The notes under the pieces are model-generated. The model was not told the origin of the DNA and made no database searches. It worked only from the letters and a program-made list of their open reading frames with translations. Made by a program: the position numbers and the translations under genes. A DNA stretch of 64,000 nucleotides, taken from Candidatus Omnitrophota bacterium (GTDB lineage Bacteria; Omnitrophota; Gorgyraeia; Gygaellales; Profunditerraquicolaceae). The stretch covers positions 786 to 64,785 of the forward strand of contig JBAZUE010000001.1 in NCBI GenBank assembly GCA_041661605.1. The letters run 5' to 3'. Positions 11,501-16,611 of the stretch are shown in pieces. Positions within the stretch are counted from its first letter, which is position 1, and each line of letters starts with the position of its first letter.

Positions 11501-13643
11501 TTCGGAATCTATCAAGAGCCCCGCGGTTGATGCCGACGACATAGTGCTTTATTATTATCCCGGCCACCTTTATCAGACTACCTGGTCAAGAGACGCTTAT
11601 TTGGACGCTACTGTCCAGCCTTCTCCGTGGGTAGCGGATTCAGACGGTAAAGTGGTGACCGTAAAGTTAGCTACTATGCTGGTTTTAAAAACAAGGACAG
11701 TGTACTCTGAAGTCAAATATGACGCGCCTAGCGATACCTTAAATATACAATGTTGGCTGCAGGAAGAAGAAAAACTGCTTACTGAAGTAAGCGGCCTGCA
11801 GGGCTGTTTGATAAAAATTTATGATGATAACGATACGGAGATCAAGAGTTTTGAATATAACGCTGCGCAGTCAGATACAAGCGGCGTCTTCTGGACAAAG
11901 TGGTTGCATCCAGGGCTTCAAACAAGCAAGAGTTATTTTGCCCGTTTCAGGATCCAGTTTGAAGGCGCTTTCCACTATGGCGGAAAGACATTTGAGATAA
12001 GCTCAGCCGAACAGATACAGGATATATCCAAAAACGTAAGTGCCGGGGTGGTTACTATTACCGCGGCAATTGCCGAAAGCTCCAAACAGATAAAAGAAAA
12101 GATAGAAACAACGGCAACAGCAACGCAGACAAAAGTAGAAACAACCGCAGCGGCAACACAGGCGGCTATAAGCAGCGCCCAGCAGTCAATAGAGCAGAAG
12201 GTTACGGTTATCGGAGAAGAGACCAAGTCGGCGGTTAATACAGCCGCTACTACAGTAAAGGAGAATCTCAGCCGGGAGTCCTCCAGCCGTATAATAAATG
12301 AGGAGAGCTTTATAAAATCAGGAAAGACATTAAAGATTAAATATAAGGTTGATTCCGGATTAACCCCGGAGATAGATGTATATGACCCGGAGAATACCCA
12401 ACGTGTAACTAAAGGGGAGATGAAGGAGATAGAAGAAACCGGGGTTTATGAATATGACCTTACCTTCTTAACTGCCTGGGGCACAGGTTCATTCTCCATT
12501 GTCTGTTCTGAATCAACCTATGGAACAATTGACGGAATAAGCATAGAGGTGGTAAAGGCAGACCTGGAGGATATTAATAGCGCCGCGGTTGTGGCTATGT
12601 CGCAATTATCCAATATCGACACTGACCAGATGAAGAATTTATCTACCAGTATTGGTATTGTCAGCTCCAGTATAGAAAAGATCGTCGGCACAATGACTGA
12701 TCTGGGTTCAATGAGTAATAAGATCTCCGAGTTGACTAACGACATTCAGAAGACCGTTTTTGATCAGCTATCCGCGGCTTCGGATAAGATGAAAGAGATA
12801 GCTAAGCAGCAGAGTGTCAAGATAGATAAGATGATTGATGTATCCGAAAAAGGCCGGGAGGATGTAAGTTACCTTAAGAAGAAGACCCTGGAGATTAAAG
12901 CGGCAACGGAACTGACCAGCGAGATAGTCCAAAGAACTAATGATAAACCTATAAATAAGAGCTGGCTTGAGCCGGGCAGTATTTTAATGAACGCGATGGT
13001 AGTTAACCCTTCAACCACAAAGAGCCAGACCGCTATGCTCAAGGCCTATTTACCTGTTGAGAGTAAACCTGAAGATATCGTGAATTTAGGGGATCTTTCC
13101 GTTAGCTATGATGTCCAGGAGAACCTGTATTATGTGTTTAAGGAGTTTACCCTCGGTCCCGGAGAAACGGCTAAGCGCCAGATAGAGCTTAAGGATGTGT
13201 GGGTAATCTCTGAAAAAGAATTGAATGCAACGATCGAAAGAATCAACGAGATGCTCCTGGATCTAAAGGGGAGCTCTTTCTATAGCAAGGCCTCTGTTAT
13301 CAAGGAGTCTATCCAAACAAGGGTTGATCAGATATTAGAGGCGCAGAAGAAAGCCATGGAAGCATTACCCGATGCCCACATTGCCGTCTATAGAGCAAAT
13401 ATGCAGATTTTAAATACAATTAAAGAGGACCTTGCCAGAGTGGAAGCTATGCTGCTTCAGGCCAAGCCCGCCGTAGGCCTGGCGTTTAACAAGGTATTTG
13501 TCAAGACCAGCTGGTGGATAATCTTGCTGGTGGTTGCTTTCCTTGCGGCGCTTTCATTCGGGCTTTTCATTGTATGGCATAAACAGGCAAAAATGGCGCA
13601 AACCGATAAAAAGGCCGAGAAGACGGAAGAGCCTACAGATTAA
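3..13643 (+). CDS. Giant repeat-rich surface protein with a C-terminal membrane anchor; the 5' end lies outside the window (at least 4,546 codons visible)
   Basis: One uninterrupted frame runs from nt 3 to the TAA at 13641-13643. Codons at nt 3-86 (DTDYTLTGVGANDVSGNAGSTVAVSSNK) continue the internal repeat consensus, so the TTG at 87 in the ORF track is not the true start. Confidence 0.9.
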   Translation, partial: DTDYTLTGVGANDVSGNAGSTVAVSSNKLIVTLGTAVPAAGQVGLVINNIKNPAVQTTDAYSILTKNSGGNQLDQGSVSGKAITAGALTGLSVSAATYEIGESTSYTVNLTLAHDIPINGYIKIGFDNNYSLTNATVATSGYALTETGSNYLLLRTGSARTGAISIQLNTIVNPVFVSNTLTGFAVQTQLANNQIIDTGTAAAVTTTAGAFSAVTVTPASLGVSTLTNYTFHFTTDHAVSAGDKVIITLDSDCSLVEVQEVDVSGNEGSYVLTSANVLTVILGQDIAKNTPVSLVISNIRNPAYVQTTADFALATRNAANALIDQGTAAGVLITAGTLTSVSGVPVNYAAGATTQYTFDFMPAHDVAAGGYLRIEFNSEYNLSGAYVISPSSTYSISSKTGNVIVLNVLQEILANSSQSINIGGIINPGREKTAIKFTLTTRTSAGADIDTAQSAAINITTGLLTSGSVTASTYTTYDLASYTFSFTTANALNVGSKVEITFDADYNVSGAVFTFGNNGSTLSVAGRVVIITLGTAIAKLESVSLAISEVRNPGVQSTDSYSIVTKDATDVRVDTGTIAGKVITGGSMSATSVVAGSTQPSVNTSYTFGFTPDHVIPANGYVKITFDTDYVLDFASVQTAGYAPNVGPGYILLTNTTGGDLSGARSIALLNVKNPPSVEEPTGNFYLTTMTQNQDTIDTKSITGITMTPSPITVASISAVSTKISALTSYTVRITPIHTIPIGGKVLVTFDSDYILANIGPDDVLGNGAVASVSGSVLTVTLGEVAPQGNVLTLIISNVQNPPYVQAADAFLVMTKDSSGGKLDTCSINGLSITEGQLSALSATPVDTTLDAVTNYLFQFTPEHTIPLNGYVRIGFDTDFDLSGAYCGDSTYSVVSLGSGYILLKALAEKSASQSFQILNIKNPPYVQTTDAFSITTQNSAQKNIDIGNAAGITTTAGLLTARSVSQVSTQAGASTSYTFGFTTVHAIASGGKIEITFDPDYVLSSVTAFDVSGIANSTVAVSNNKLIVTTGASVSAGGQVSLTINHIKNPAYVQATSAFTIDTKNASGGILDNGAIAGINITAGALSAVSATPASTEVAKSTDYTFAFTGEHNLPAGGYVQVQFDPAYNLSEAIVLTSGYSLVTRASNYLRLQTSEERSGSASIALRNIVNPSYALTTSSFTIITQTSAGDTIDMGTCNGITITAASLISASASAAVSEVSSQSDYTFIITPQHNVPINGKIRITFDNDYNVSEVLAGDVACNGGSATVAVSAKTLIITLGYELVSGTEENIVISRIKNPSFAQTTANFAIQTRDDQDRIINQGSASGIVITAGPLTAVSVSADSLVAGYTTNYTFNFTPTHAINVGGYVVIDFDSTYNAGAGYVVSPLDTFSLLSRSANRITLNVLKALSAGIEQSVIIGSIVNPGSVKQVTFTITTQNTTQNPVDTAVSPAISTLAAPMTAVSVSTASTVALNVTSYTFGFTTVNSIGLGGKIEITFDPEYDLTQAAYTSGLVAGSTPLAATLELSGSKLILTSNTVIGTQTSVSISLSNIKNPGVQTVDGFALLTRDSTNRELDQGTATGVTIIAGSLTGLSVTAGSTEISKNSTYSFGFTVAHTVPVNGYVKLAFDSDYSFVNANILSEGYVISDKQSNFILLKRTAQLIGSNTLQLGNIVNPSYVQAADPFVITTQLADNKVIDTGTTQSINITPGVLTLTSATANDALISATTTYNFSFKTSHAIEAEGKIIITFDSDYDLSLVSVGSQDISGSGTPAIELVNGNKIDIVLATEVAASSTVSLTISNIKNPAYVQTTSAFVLQTKTALGAITDEGAAAGLTTTAGALSGITVISGSSIAGARTDYTFTFTPAHNVEINGYLRVDLNALYDANISYVMAPTSATFEISEKAANYVVVKAKSALAAGTGYTLRLGSIDNPGRSMDVNFTLTTKTAGNATIDTGISSSLHISPAPMQSASISASNLIATQTATYTVSFVPINTIEAGGRVEITFDADYVLTGVTSVTGYDASVTVAGNILVITLNTQLQVGEACSFVIPNIKNPGAQSTDAYSLVTKDSTGTSLDEGTIAGKVILAGALSGLSTSATSYEVMGTSETATYTFNFTCQHTIPVNGYVRIGFDADYFLDNAVNQSPQYLISSKGADYLLIRTTQERSGNCTIQISGIRNPGYVQTTANFTVATQLPAQQNIDTGTIAGITTTAGSLSNLSVTTTNSKIAEAATYTFGFTADHAIAVGGKVAITLDSDYNLASVQPTDVSGNTGSTVAVNGADLVITLGEQVFASDNVSLSVANIINPSYVKTAANFSIKAKNTEDGLIDEGSVAGLTFEPGVLGAVSVSSNSLQVNAQSIYTFTFTPAHPIPAGGYIKIDLDNDFNIGSAYLYLVSGYSFTKNLTDVYFTLQPNSAKPAGTPIVISIAGIANPPYSQTTDNFAINTQAVNQNGIDSGTAPGVEITAGELSGVSVSAAGGNYVAGAQTSYTIAFTTINAVGVGGKIKITFDSDYGLLLDGTVLGNSGSTAAVNGNIITVTLGTAIPANQAVSLTMGTFRNPGYAQTTENYTIRTYDSLNNALDSGTAPGRDITIGALTGLAVNASSFTVLNADTKLTFDLNATHTIPQDGYIKITLDSDYIVVAPYIKSSTGANLTLLTEAGSQDGYLLFKLNSAFTGAMSVEVGGLTNPAYEQTTANFVVTTMYTGEQSIDTGTITGLAITAGSLNISSVSSPDVYSGSTTEYTIDFVAAHNIPITSKIEIVFDSDYDLSTSTLSSPEGSLTVSGNTLSISLNAGVTTSANVSLKIAGIINPKYSQTTGIFRVTIKDSGNNVVDKGEHAGIAILPTQIQFVTPAAGYAYSVGDTKVVKWQVTGGDISRTSSHWLAQFSTTVDFNSVINVHEGLAQKDAGGNLYFELSVDSSMLSEAAYIRVSCTDALYTDVTTTSGQFSVRPAGGFIGFASPIAAVKWAVGSDNIIEWSTQGALSNNFKIEYLSKGTWTTIFEQGISPGSITKTAGAHWYEDKWSYTWTVEPAANLPDSGVVIKVTNLDNNTITGVTDAFEIANAYIKITSPLIGVTWVRTETNNITWEGQGESGTRFRIAYSDDAGVTTTEIFNGQVDRTFSEGKWLYSYPWVVGAQLDQTATAVIIITNLDNDEIADTSALFKVNASGILDITAPLAADKWVVGAKYQIKWDSQGQALSNSSLRITYTADGIPETLITNSAPNNGSKDFTCPSTALTNVKIHLFQVGGDVRADSGTFSIVSVPALTFTSPVVNDNWIASFGKEIKWNCVGDGATKKLVIKYSLDGGSTYPNTIFDYNVDSYDEKIASVITGPITAYTLAWTVPVSYSNNVKIKIEDMGVMRSSLPLTCISGKFSITAPIATISQPAGGEEWIAGTEHDIIWSETGIVGKDIKISYSVDGGTTYPYVIFQNPGGDNTTYVNNITVSGTSLSYKWTIPNTIASTCRVKIQGLTNNGGGSSLSNFAIKLPVITITSPVAADLWSVYDTGKSITWTKTGNVSDNLKIEYFKDNLTSKVIIDDTNSTLTSYSWDITESFSDYVSDAGWIKITDLNSQATFGQVVSAVSASFKLSLPGFDIAVPATPLIVGNTYTITWQGIGMYSECSNDPANTIRLEYGIGDNPEWVLIAASAQNDGSYENWTVPNVHSGEVKFRITNNRWSFITGISDPFKIMGSVSITSPAAATKLFVGQDQMIEWDTNGTINKLNLYYSKNGGTTWNTIVSNTTNNGYYVWTIPDAVLVDRSPNSSVYFKVEDATDAAVYTNRQYTISYYKVTWNVIDADGLVGDLDGLSVNSLDVTNNNTVWEDRTGMSCSESIKSPAVDADDIVLYYYPGHLYQTTWSRDAYLDATVQPSPWVADSDGKVVTVKLATMLVLKTRTVYSEVKYDAPSDTLNIQCWLQEEEKLLTEVSGLQGCLIKIYDDNDTEIKSFEYNAAQSDTSGVFWTKWLHPGLQTSKSYFARFRIQFEGAFHYGGKTFEISSAEQIQDISKNVSAGVVTITAAIAESSKQIKEKIETTATATQTKVETTAAATQAAISSAQQSIEQKVTVIGEETKSAVNTAATTVKENLSRESSSRIINEESFIKSGKTLKIKYKVDSGLTPEIDVYDPENTQRVTKGEMKEIEETGVYEYDLTFLTAWGTGSFSIVCSESTYGTIDGISIEVVKADLEDINSAAVVAMSQLSNIDTDQMKNLSTSIGIVSSSIEKIVGTMTDLGSMSNKISELTNDIQKTVFDQLSAASDKMKEIAKQQSVKIDKMIDVSEKGREDVSYLKKKTLEIKAATELTSEIVQRTNDKPINKSWLEPGSILMNAMVVNPSTTKSQTAMLKAYLPVESKPEDIVNLGDLSVSYDVQENLYYVFKEFTLGPGETAKRQIELKDVWVISEKELNATIERINEMLLDLKGSSFYSKASVIKESIQTRVDQILEAQKKAMEALPDAHIAVYRANMQILNTIKEDLARVEAMLLQAKPAVGLAFNKVFVKTSWWIILLVVAFLAALSFGLFIVWHKQAKMAQTDKKAEKTEEPTD
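8541..11369 (+). repeat. Coding tandem array of nine ~105-aa Ig-like modules (Kre9/KNH-like, Ser/Thr-rich surface-domain pattern)
   Basis: The recurrent signature is (I/V)T(S/A)Pxxxxx(W)xxGxxxxIxW, then xGxx, then (I/V)xYSxDGGxT(Y/W), then YxWT(I/V)P, then (V/I)K(I/V). Module starts are near nt 8541, 8868, 9200, 9520, 9805, 10148, 10475, 10790 and 11085. Confidence 0.6.
13512..13577 (+). other. Single predicted transmembrane helix (tail anchor) of the giant protein
   Basis: A 22-residue hydrophobic run, WWIILLVVAFLAALSFGLFIVW, is followed by a 21-aa K/E-rich tail (HKQAKMAQTDKKAEKTEEPTD) and the stop codon. Confidence 0.8.
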
Positions 13644-13644
13644 T

Positions 13645-13705
13645 ATCCGGGGACGTTTCTATTTTACTTATTCAAATGTTTGAAAAAATGGAAACGTCCC
13701 CGGAT
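13645..13705 (+). terminator. Hairpin terminator candidate downstream of the giant ORF
   Basis: A perfect 15-bp inverted repeat, ATCCGGGGACGTTTC (13645-13659) and GAAACGTCCCCGGAT (13691-13705), starts 2 nt after the stop codon. The 31-nt loop can pair further internally. The T-rich TTCTAATTTT follows. Confidence 0.55.
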
Positions 13706-13730
13706 TTCTAATTTTAGTAGTAACTTCATA

Positions 13731-13869
13731 TGTGTTTGCCCTTGCTCGCTAAAGCTCGCAAGGACTGCGTTGGATAAAATCTATAAGGTGCTTGCTTCAG
13801 GTGCTTGCCCTTGATTTCGCTTCGCTCAATCAAGGACTGCGTTGGATAAAATCTATAAGGTGCTTGCTT
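13731..13869. repeat. Intergenic 72-bp tandem repeat (two full units plus a partial third start), each unit containing a hairpin
   Basis: A perfect 39-bp direct repeat, CAAGGACTGCGTTGGATAAAATCTATAAGGTGCTTGCTT, occurs at 13759-13797 and 13831-13869. Hairpins are CCTTGC/GCAAGG (13740-13745 / 13758-13763) and CCTTGATT/AATCAAGG (13809-13816 / 13828-13835). Confidence 0.9.
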
Positions 13870-13906
13870 TAGCAATTTGAATGTGGTAAAATTTTAATGG
13901 AATATT

Positions 13907-14692
13907 ATGCGGATAAAACATAAAAAATGGGTTAATTGGCTGTTATTAAGCAGTTTTTTACTTGTCCCCCTGCAAGCTCGAGCCGCCGGGATTAACTGGA
14001 ATAACGAAGAAAAAAGTAAACATTTTGTCATTTATTACCAGGATGCATCTACTGATTATATCAACCGGCTGGTCACGGAAGCCGAACATTGCTACAAGAA
14101 CATTACCGAATACCTGGGGTTTGTAAGATTTGATTTTTGGGTTTGGGATAACCGTTGTAAAATATACCTCTATCCCGACGAGGAAACTTATTTAGGCACA
14201 ACGGGTGTTATTGGCTGGTCAAGGGGCAGCGTTCAGGTTACCAAAAAGGAAATTAGCACATACATGTGGCAGGAGATGCTCTTTGATACGATACTGCCGC
14301 ATGAGATGGGGCATATAATATTCAGGGAGTTTGTCGGTTTTAACAGATCCCTGCCCCTTTGGCTTGATGAGGGGGTTGCCTGTATGCAGGAATATGAAAG
14401 CAAAGAGCGCCTGGCAACCGCTAAATGCCTGGTAAATTTGAAGTTATACACGCATTTGGAAGACCTGTCTAAAATCAGGGATTCCAGCGTAATTATACCA
14501 TTTATTTTTTATAATGAGGCGGCAAGCTTGGTGGATTTTCTTTTAAGAAGATTCGGCAGGAATAAATTTGTGGATTTTTGCCGTTCTATGCGGGATGAAC
14601 CGGATTGGGAGCAATCGCTTAAAGGTGTATATAAAATAAGGAACCTGGAAGAGTTGGAAAAGCTTTGGGTTGAGGATTTGACTGAAAATTAA
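13907..14692 (+). CDS. Secreted zinc metallopeptidase, peptidase-MA-like (HExxH)
   Basis: The N-terminal signal peptide is LLLSSFLLVPLQARAAG. The HEMGH motif is followed by PLWLDEGVA, the pattern of the Peptidase_MA_2-type family. Confidence 0.6.
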   Translation: MRIKHKKWVNWLLLSSFLLVPLQARAAGINWNNEEKSKHFVIYYQDASTDYINRLVTEAEHCYKNITEYLGFVRFDFWVWDNRCKIYLYPDEETYLGTTGVIGWSRGSVQVTKKEISTYMWQEMLFDTILPHEMGHIIFREFVGFNRSLPLWLDEGVACMQEYESKERLATAKCLVNLKLYTHLEDLSKIRDSSVIIPFIFYNEAASLVDFLLRRFGRNKFVDFCRSMRDEPDWEQSLKGVYKIRNLEELEKLWVEDLTEN

Positions 14693-14710
14693 AAGCCGGA
14701 GGATTATGTT

Positions 14711-15622
14711 ATGAAGAATGAAGTAAAAGCGCGTGAATTCAATATCCTGGTTGTTGAGGACGATGATAATACGTTTAAGGCCATAAAAAACGGCCTGATA
14801 AATCCGGAGTATAAGCTGCACCGGGTGACTACGGGCCAGGAAGCAATCAGCTTGGCCAAAGAAGGTTATTTTGTCGGTATTATCACAGAGATGCAGATCG
14901 GCGACATGAACGGCATTGAATTAGTGCGCCGGCTTAAGAAAATAGACCAGCGGATTAATATAATCGGCCTGACTGTTTATGCCTTTGTCAATTTAGCCGT
15001 AGAGGCAATGAAGGAAGGCGTTTACGCTTATCTGATGAAACCCATAAATAACGATGAGCTTAATTTAGTCTTAAGGCGGGCGATAGAAAATACATTCCTT
15101 CTGATCCAGGCAGGGCAAAGGAAATATTATCAGGATATCGCCACAATGGACGGCTTGACCGGTGTTTATAATCACCGCCATTTTCATGAAATGCTGGATT
15201 GGAATATTTCGCACTTGAACCGCTCCCCCCAGGCGTTCTCTTTGTTTATTACCGATATCGATAATTTTAAGAAATACAATGATACTTACGGCCACGTGGA
15301 AGGGGATAAAATACTGCACAATTTCGCCCAGCTTTTAGTCAGCTCTACCAGGGATAATGATATGGTTTTTAGATATGGCGGAGAGGAGTTCGCGGTGATC
15401 CTCTCGCAGACAGACCAATTCGGCGCGCAGAAAGTAGGGGAGAGGTTATTGACAATAGTAAGGAGCAAGATGCCTATAACCATGAGCGTGGGTTTAGCCA
15501 GCTTTCCCGTGAATGCCCAGGTTAAAAGTGAGTTGGTCGTGCGCGCCGATAAAGCGCTTTACCGGGCAAAGAGCACAGGAAAAGACAGATTGTGCACTTA
15601 TGACGAGAAGATAGACAAATGA
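14711..15622 (+). CDS. Receiver-domain / GGDEF diguanylate cyclase (GGEEF active site, RxxD I-site)
   Basis: The N-terminal CheY-like fold has the VVEDDD acidic pocket, T in IIGLTVYA and K in LMKPI. The C-terminal GGDEF domain carries RDNDMVFRYGGEEF (GGEEF at nt 15377-15391). The stop overlaps the next gene's start (ATGA). Confidence 0.85.
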   Translation: MKNEVKAREFNILVVEDDDNTFKAIKNGLINPEYKLHRVTTGQEAISLAKEGYFVGIITEMQIGDMNGIELVRRLKKIDQRINIIGLTVYAFVNLAVEAMKEGVYAYLMKPINNDELNLVLRRAIENTFLLIQAGQRKYYQDIATMDGLTGVYNHRHFHEMLDWNISHLNRSPQAFSLFITDIDNFKKYNDTYGHVEGDKILHNFAQLLVSSTRDNDMVFRYGGEEFAVILSQTDQFGAQKVGERLLTIVRSKMPITMSVGLASFPVNAQVKSELVVRADKALYRAKSTGKDRLCTYDEKIDK

Positions 15623-15831
15623 AAAATATAACTATTATCCTGATAATGTTAATCAGTACTTTAGGCCCGTCAGGGGTTATTGCTGCAGTAGGTTTTTCCG
15701 GGGTTAAAGCCATCGGCAGGAATCCTTCGGCAGCTCCCAAGATATTGATTTCGATGATATTGGCTTTTGTTTTCGCCGAGGCCATAGCTATAATCGGGCT
15801 TCTGGTTGTATATAACTTGTTCGGGCAGTAA
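15619..15831 (+). CDS. atpE: F-type ATPase subunit c
   Basis: This 70-aa two-helix hairpin has the GRNPSAAP loop and a carboxylate in helix 2 (FAEAIAIIGLLVV). Confidence 0.8.
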   Translation: MKNITIILIMLISTLGPSGVIAAVGFSGVKAIGRNPSAAPKILISMILAFVFAEAIAIIGLLVVYNLFGQ

Positions 15832-15849
15832 TTTAACCTAGGAGTAAAG

Positions 15850-16611
15850 ATGCTGGTATGGCAGATCATTCTTATTCAAATAGCTACTTTTGCCTTGATT
15901 GTTTTATTTTTGCGTTGGCTTCTTTACAGCCATATCAGCCGGGCGCTGGAGAGGCTGCAAAAACTTAACCAGCAAAACCTGGAAAAAGAGAAGGTGCTTA
16001 AGGAGGAGTTTGAGCGGGCAAGAAAACAGGCGGAAATCGAGATCCAGCAGGGTAAGGTTGAGGCTGAGAATATAAAAGAACAGGCGAAGGAAGAAGGAGA
16101 AAAGACAAGAAGGAATTTACTTGAGTCTTCCAAAGAAGAGGCAAAGCGTATTGTCAATGAGGGGGTCAGGGACAGCCAGAGAAAGTATAATGACCTGCTT
16201 TTGGAGATGCAGGATAAGGCGGTATATCTGGCAGTAGATATCGTAAGGTATATTTTTACGGAGAGGATCCGCCGGTCTTTACATGAACAGGTTATCGATG
16301 AACTGATTGAGGATGTATCCGGATTGGATAAGGAAAAGATAAGGGCTCAGGGAGATAAGGCGGAGATTGTCTGCGCTTATCCGTTGGGTTCAGACCAGAA
16401 ACAGCGCCTGCAGCAGGCATTATCTAATAAGCTGGAACGTAATATTATACTGGAGGAGACCCCTGATCCGGAGATTGTAGGTGGCTTGATTATACGCTTA
16501 AGCGGGTTCGTGGTTATTGACGGCAGTATCAAGAATAAATTTAAAAGAATATTGCCGATAATGAAAGATAAGGCCAGGGCGGGCATTGTTGAGCAGGCGG
16601 AGAAGAAATAA
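15850..16611 (+). CDS. atpF: F-type ATPase subunit b fused to a delta (OSCP) C-terminal domain
   Basis: An N-terminal TM helix is followed by a long charged coiled coil (b-like). The C-terminus, AEIVCAYPLGSDQKQRLQQALSNKLERNIILEETPDPEIVGGLIIRLSGFVVIDGSIKNKFKRI, matches the delta C-terminal pattern. No separate delta gene is present. Confidence 0.7.
   Translation: MLVWQIILIQIATFALIVLFLRWLLYSHISRALERLQKLNQQNLEKEKVLKEEFERARKQAEIEIQQGKVEAENIKEQAKEEGEKTRRNLLESSKEEAKRIVNEGVRDSQRKYNDLLLEMQDKAVYLAVDIVRYIFTERIRRSLHEQVIDELIEDVSGLDKEKIRAQGDKAEIVCAYPLGSDQKQRLQQALSNKLERNIILEETPDPEIVGGLIIRLSGFVVIDGSIKNKFKRILPIMKDKARAGIVEQAEKK

Noticed and set aside
13759-13869. Possible mini-CRISPR (39-bp repeat, 33-bp spacer, 39-bp repeat)
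   Set aside because: There are only two copies. The 'spacer' is itself homologous to the sequence preceding the first copy (GTGYTTGCCCTTG plus hairpin), so the true unit is a 72-bp tandem repeat. No cas genes are in the window.
13876-13906. Promoter for the peptidase gene (extended -10 TGGTAAAAT at 13884-13892 with a weak -35 TTGCTT at 13864-13869)
   Set aside because: I did not list it as a feature. The -35 matches only 3 of 6 positions, and the implied leader (~8 nt) leaves no room for an RBS. It is mentioned only as context for the tandem repeat.
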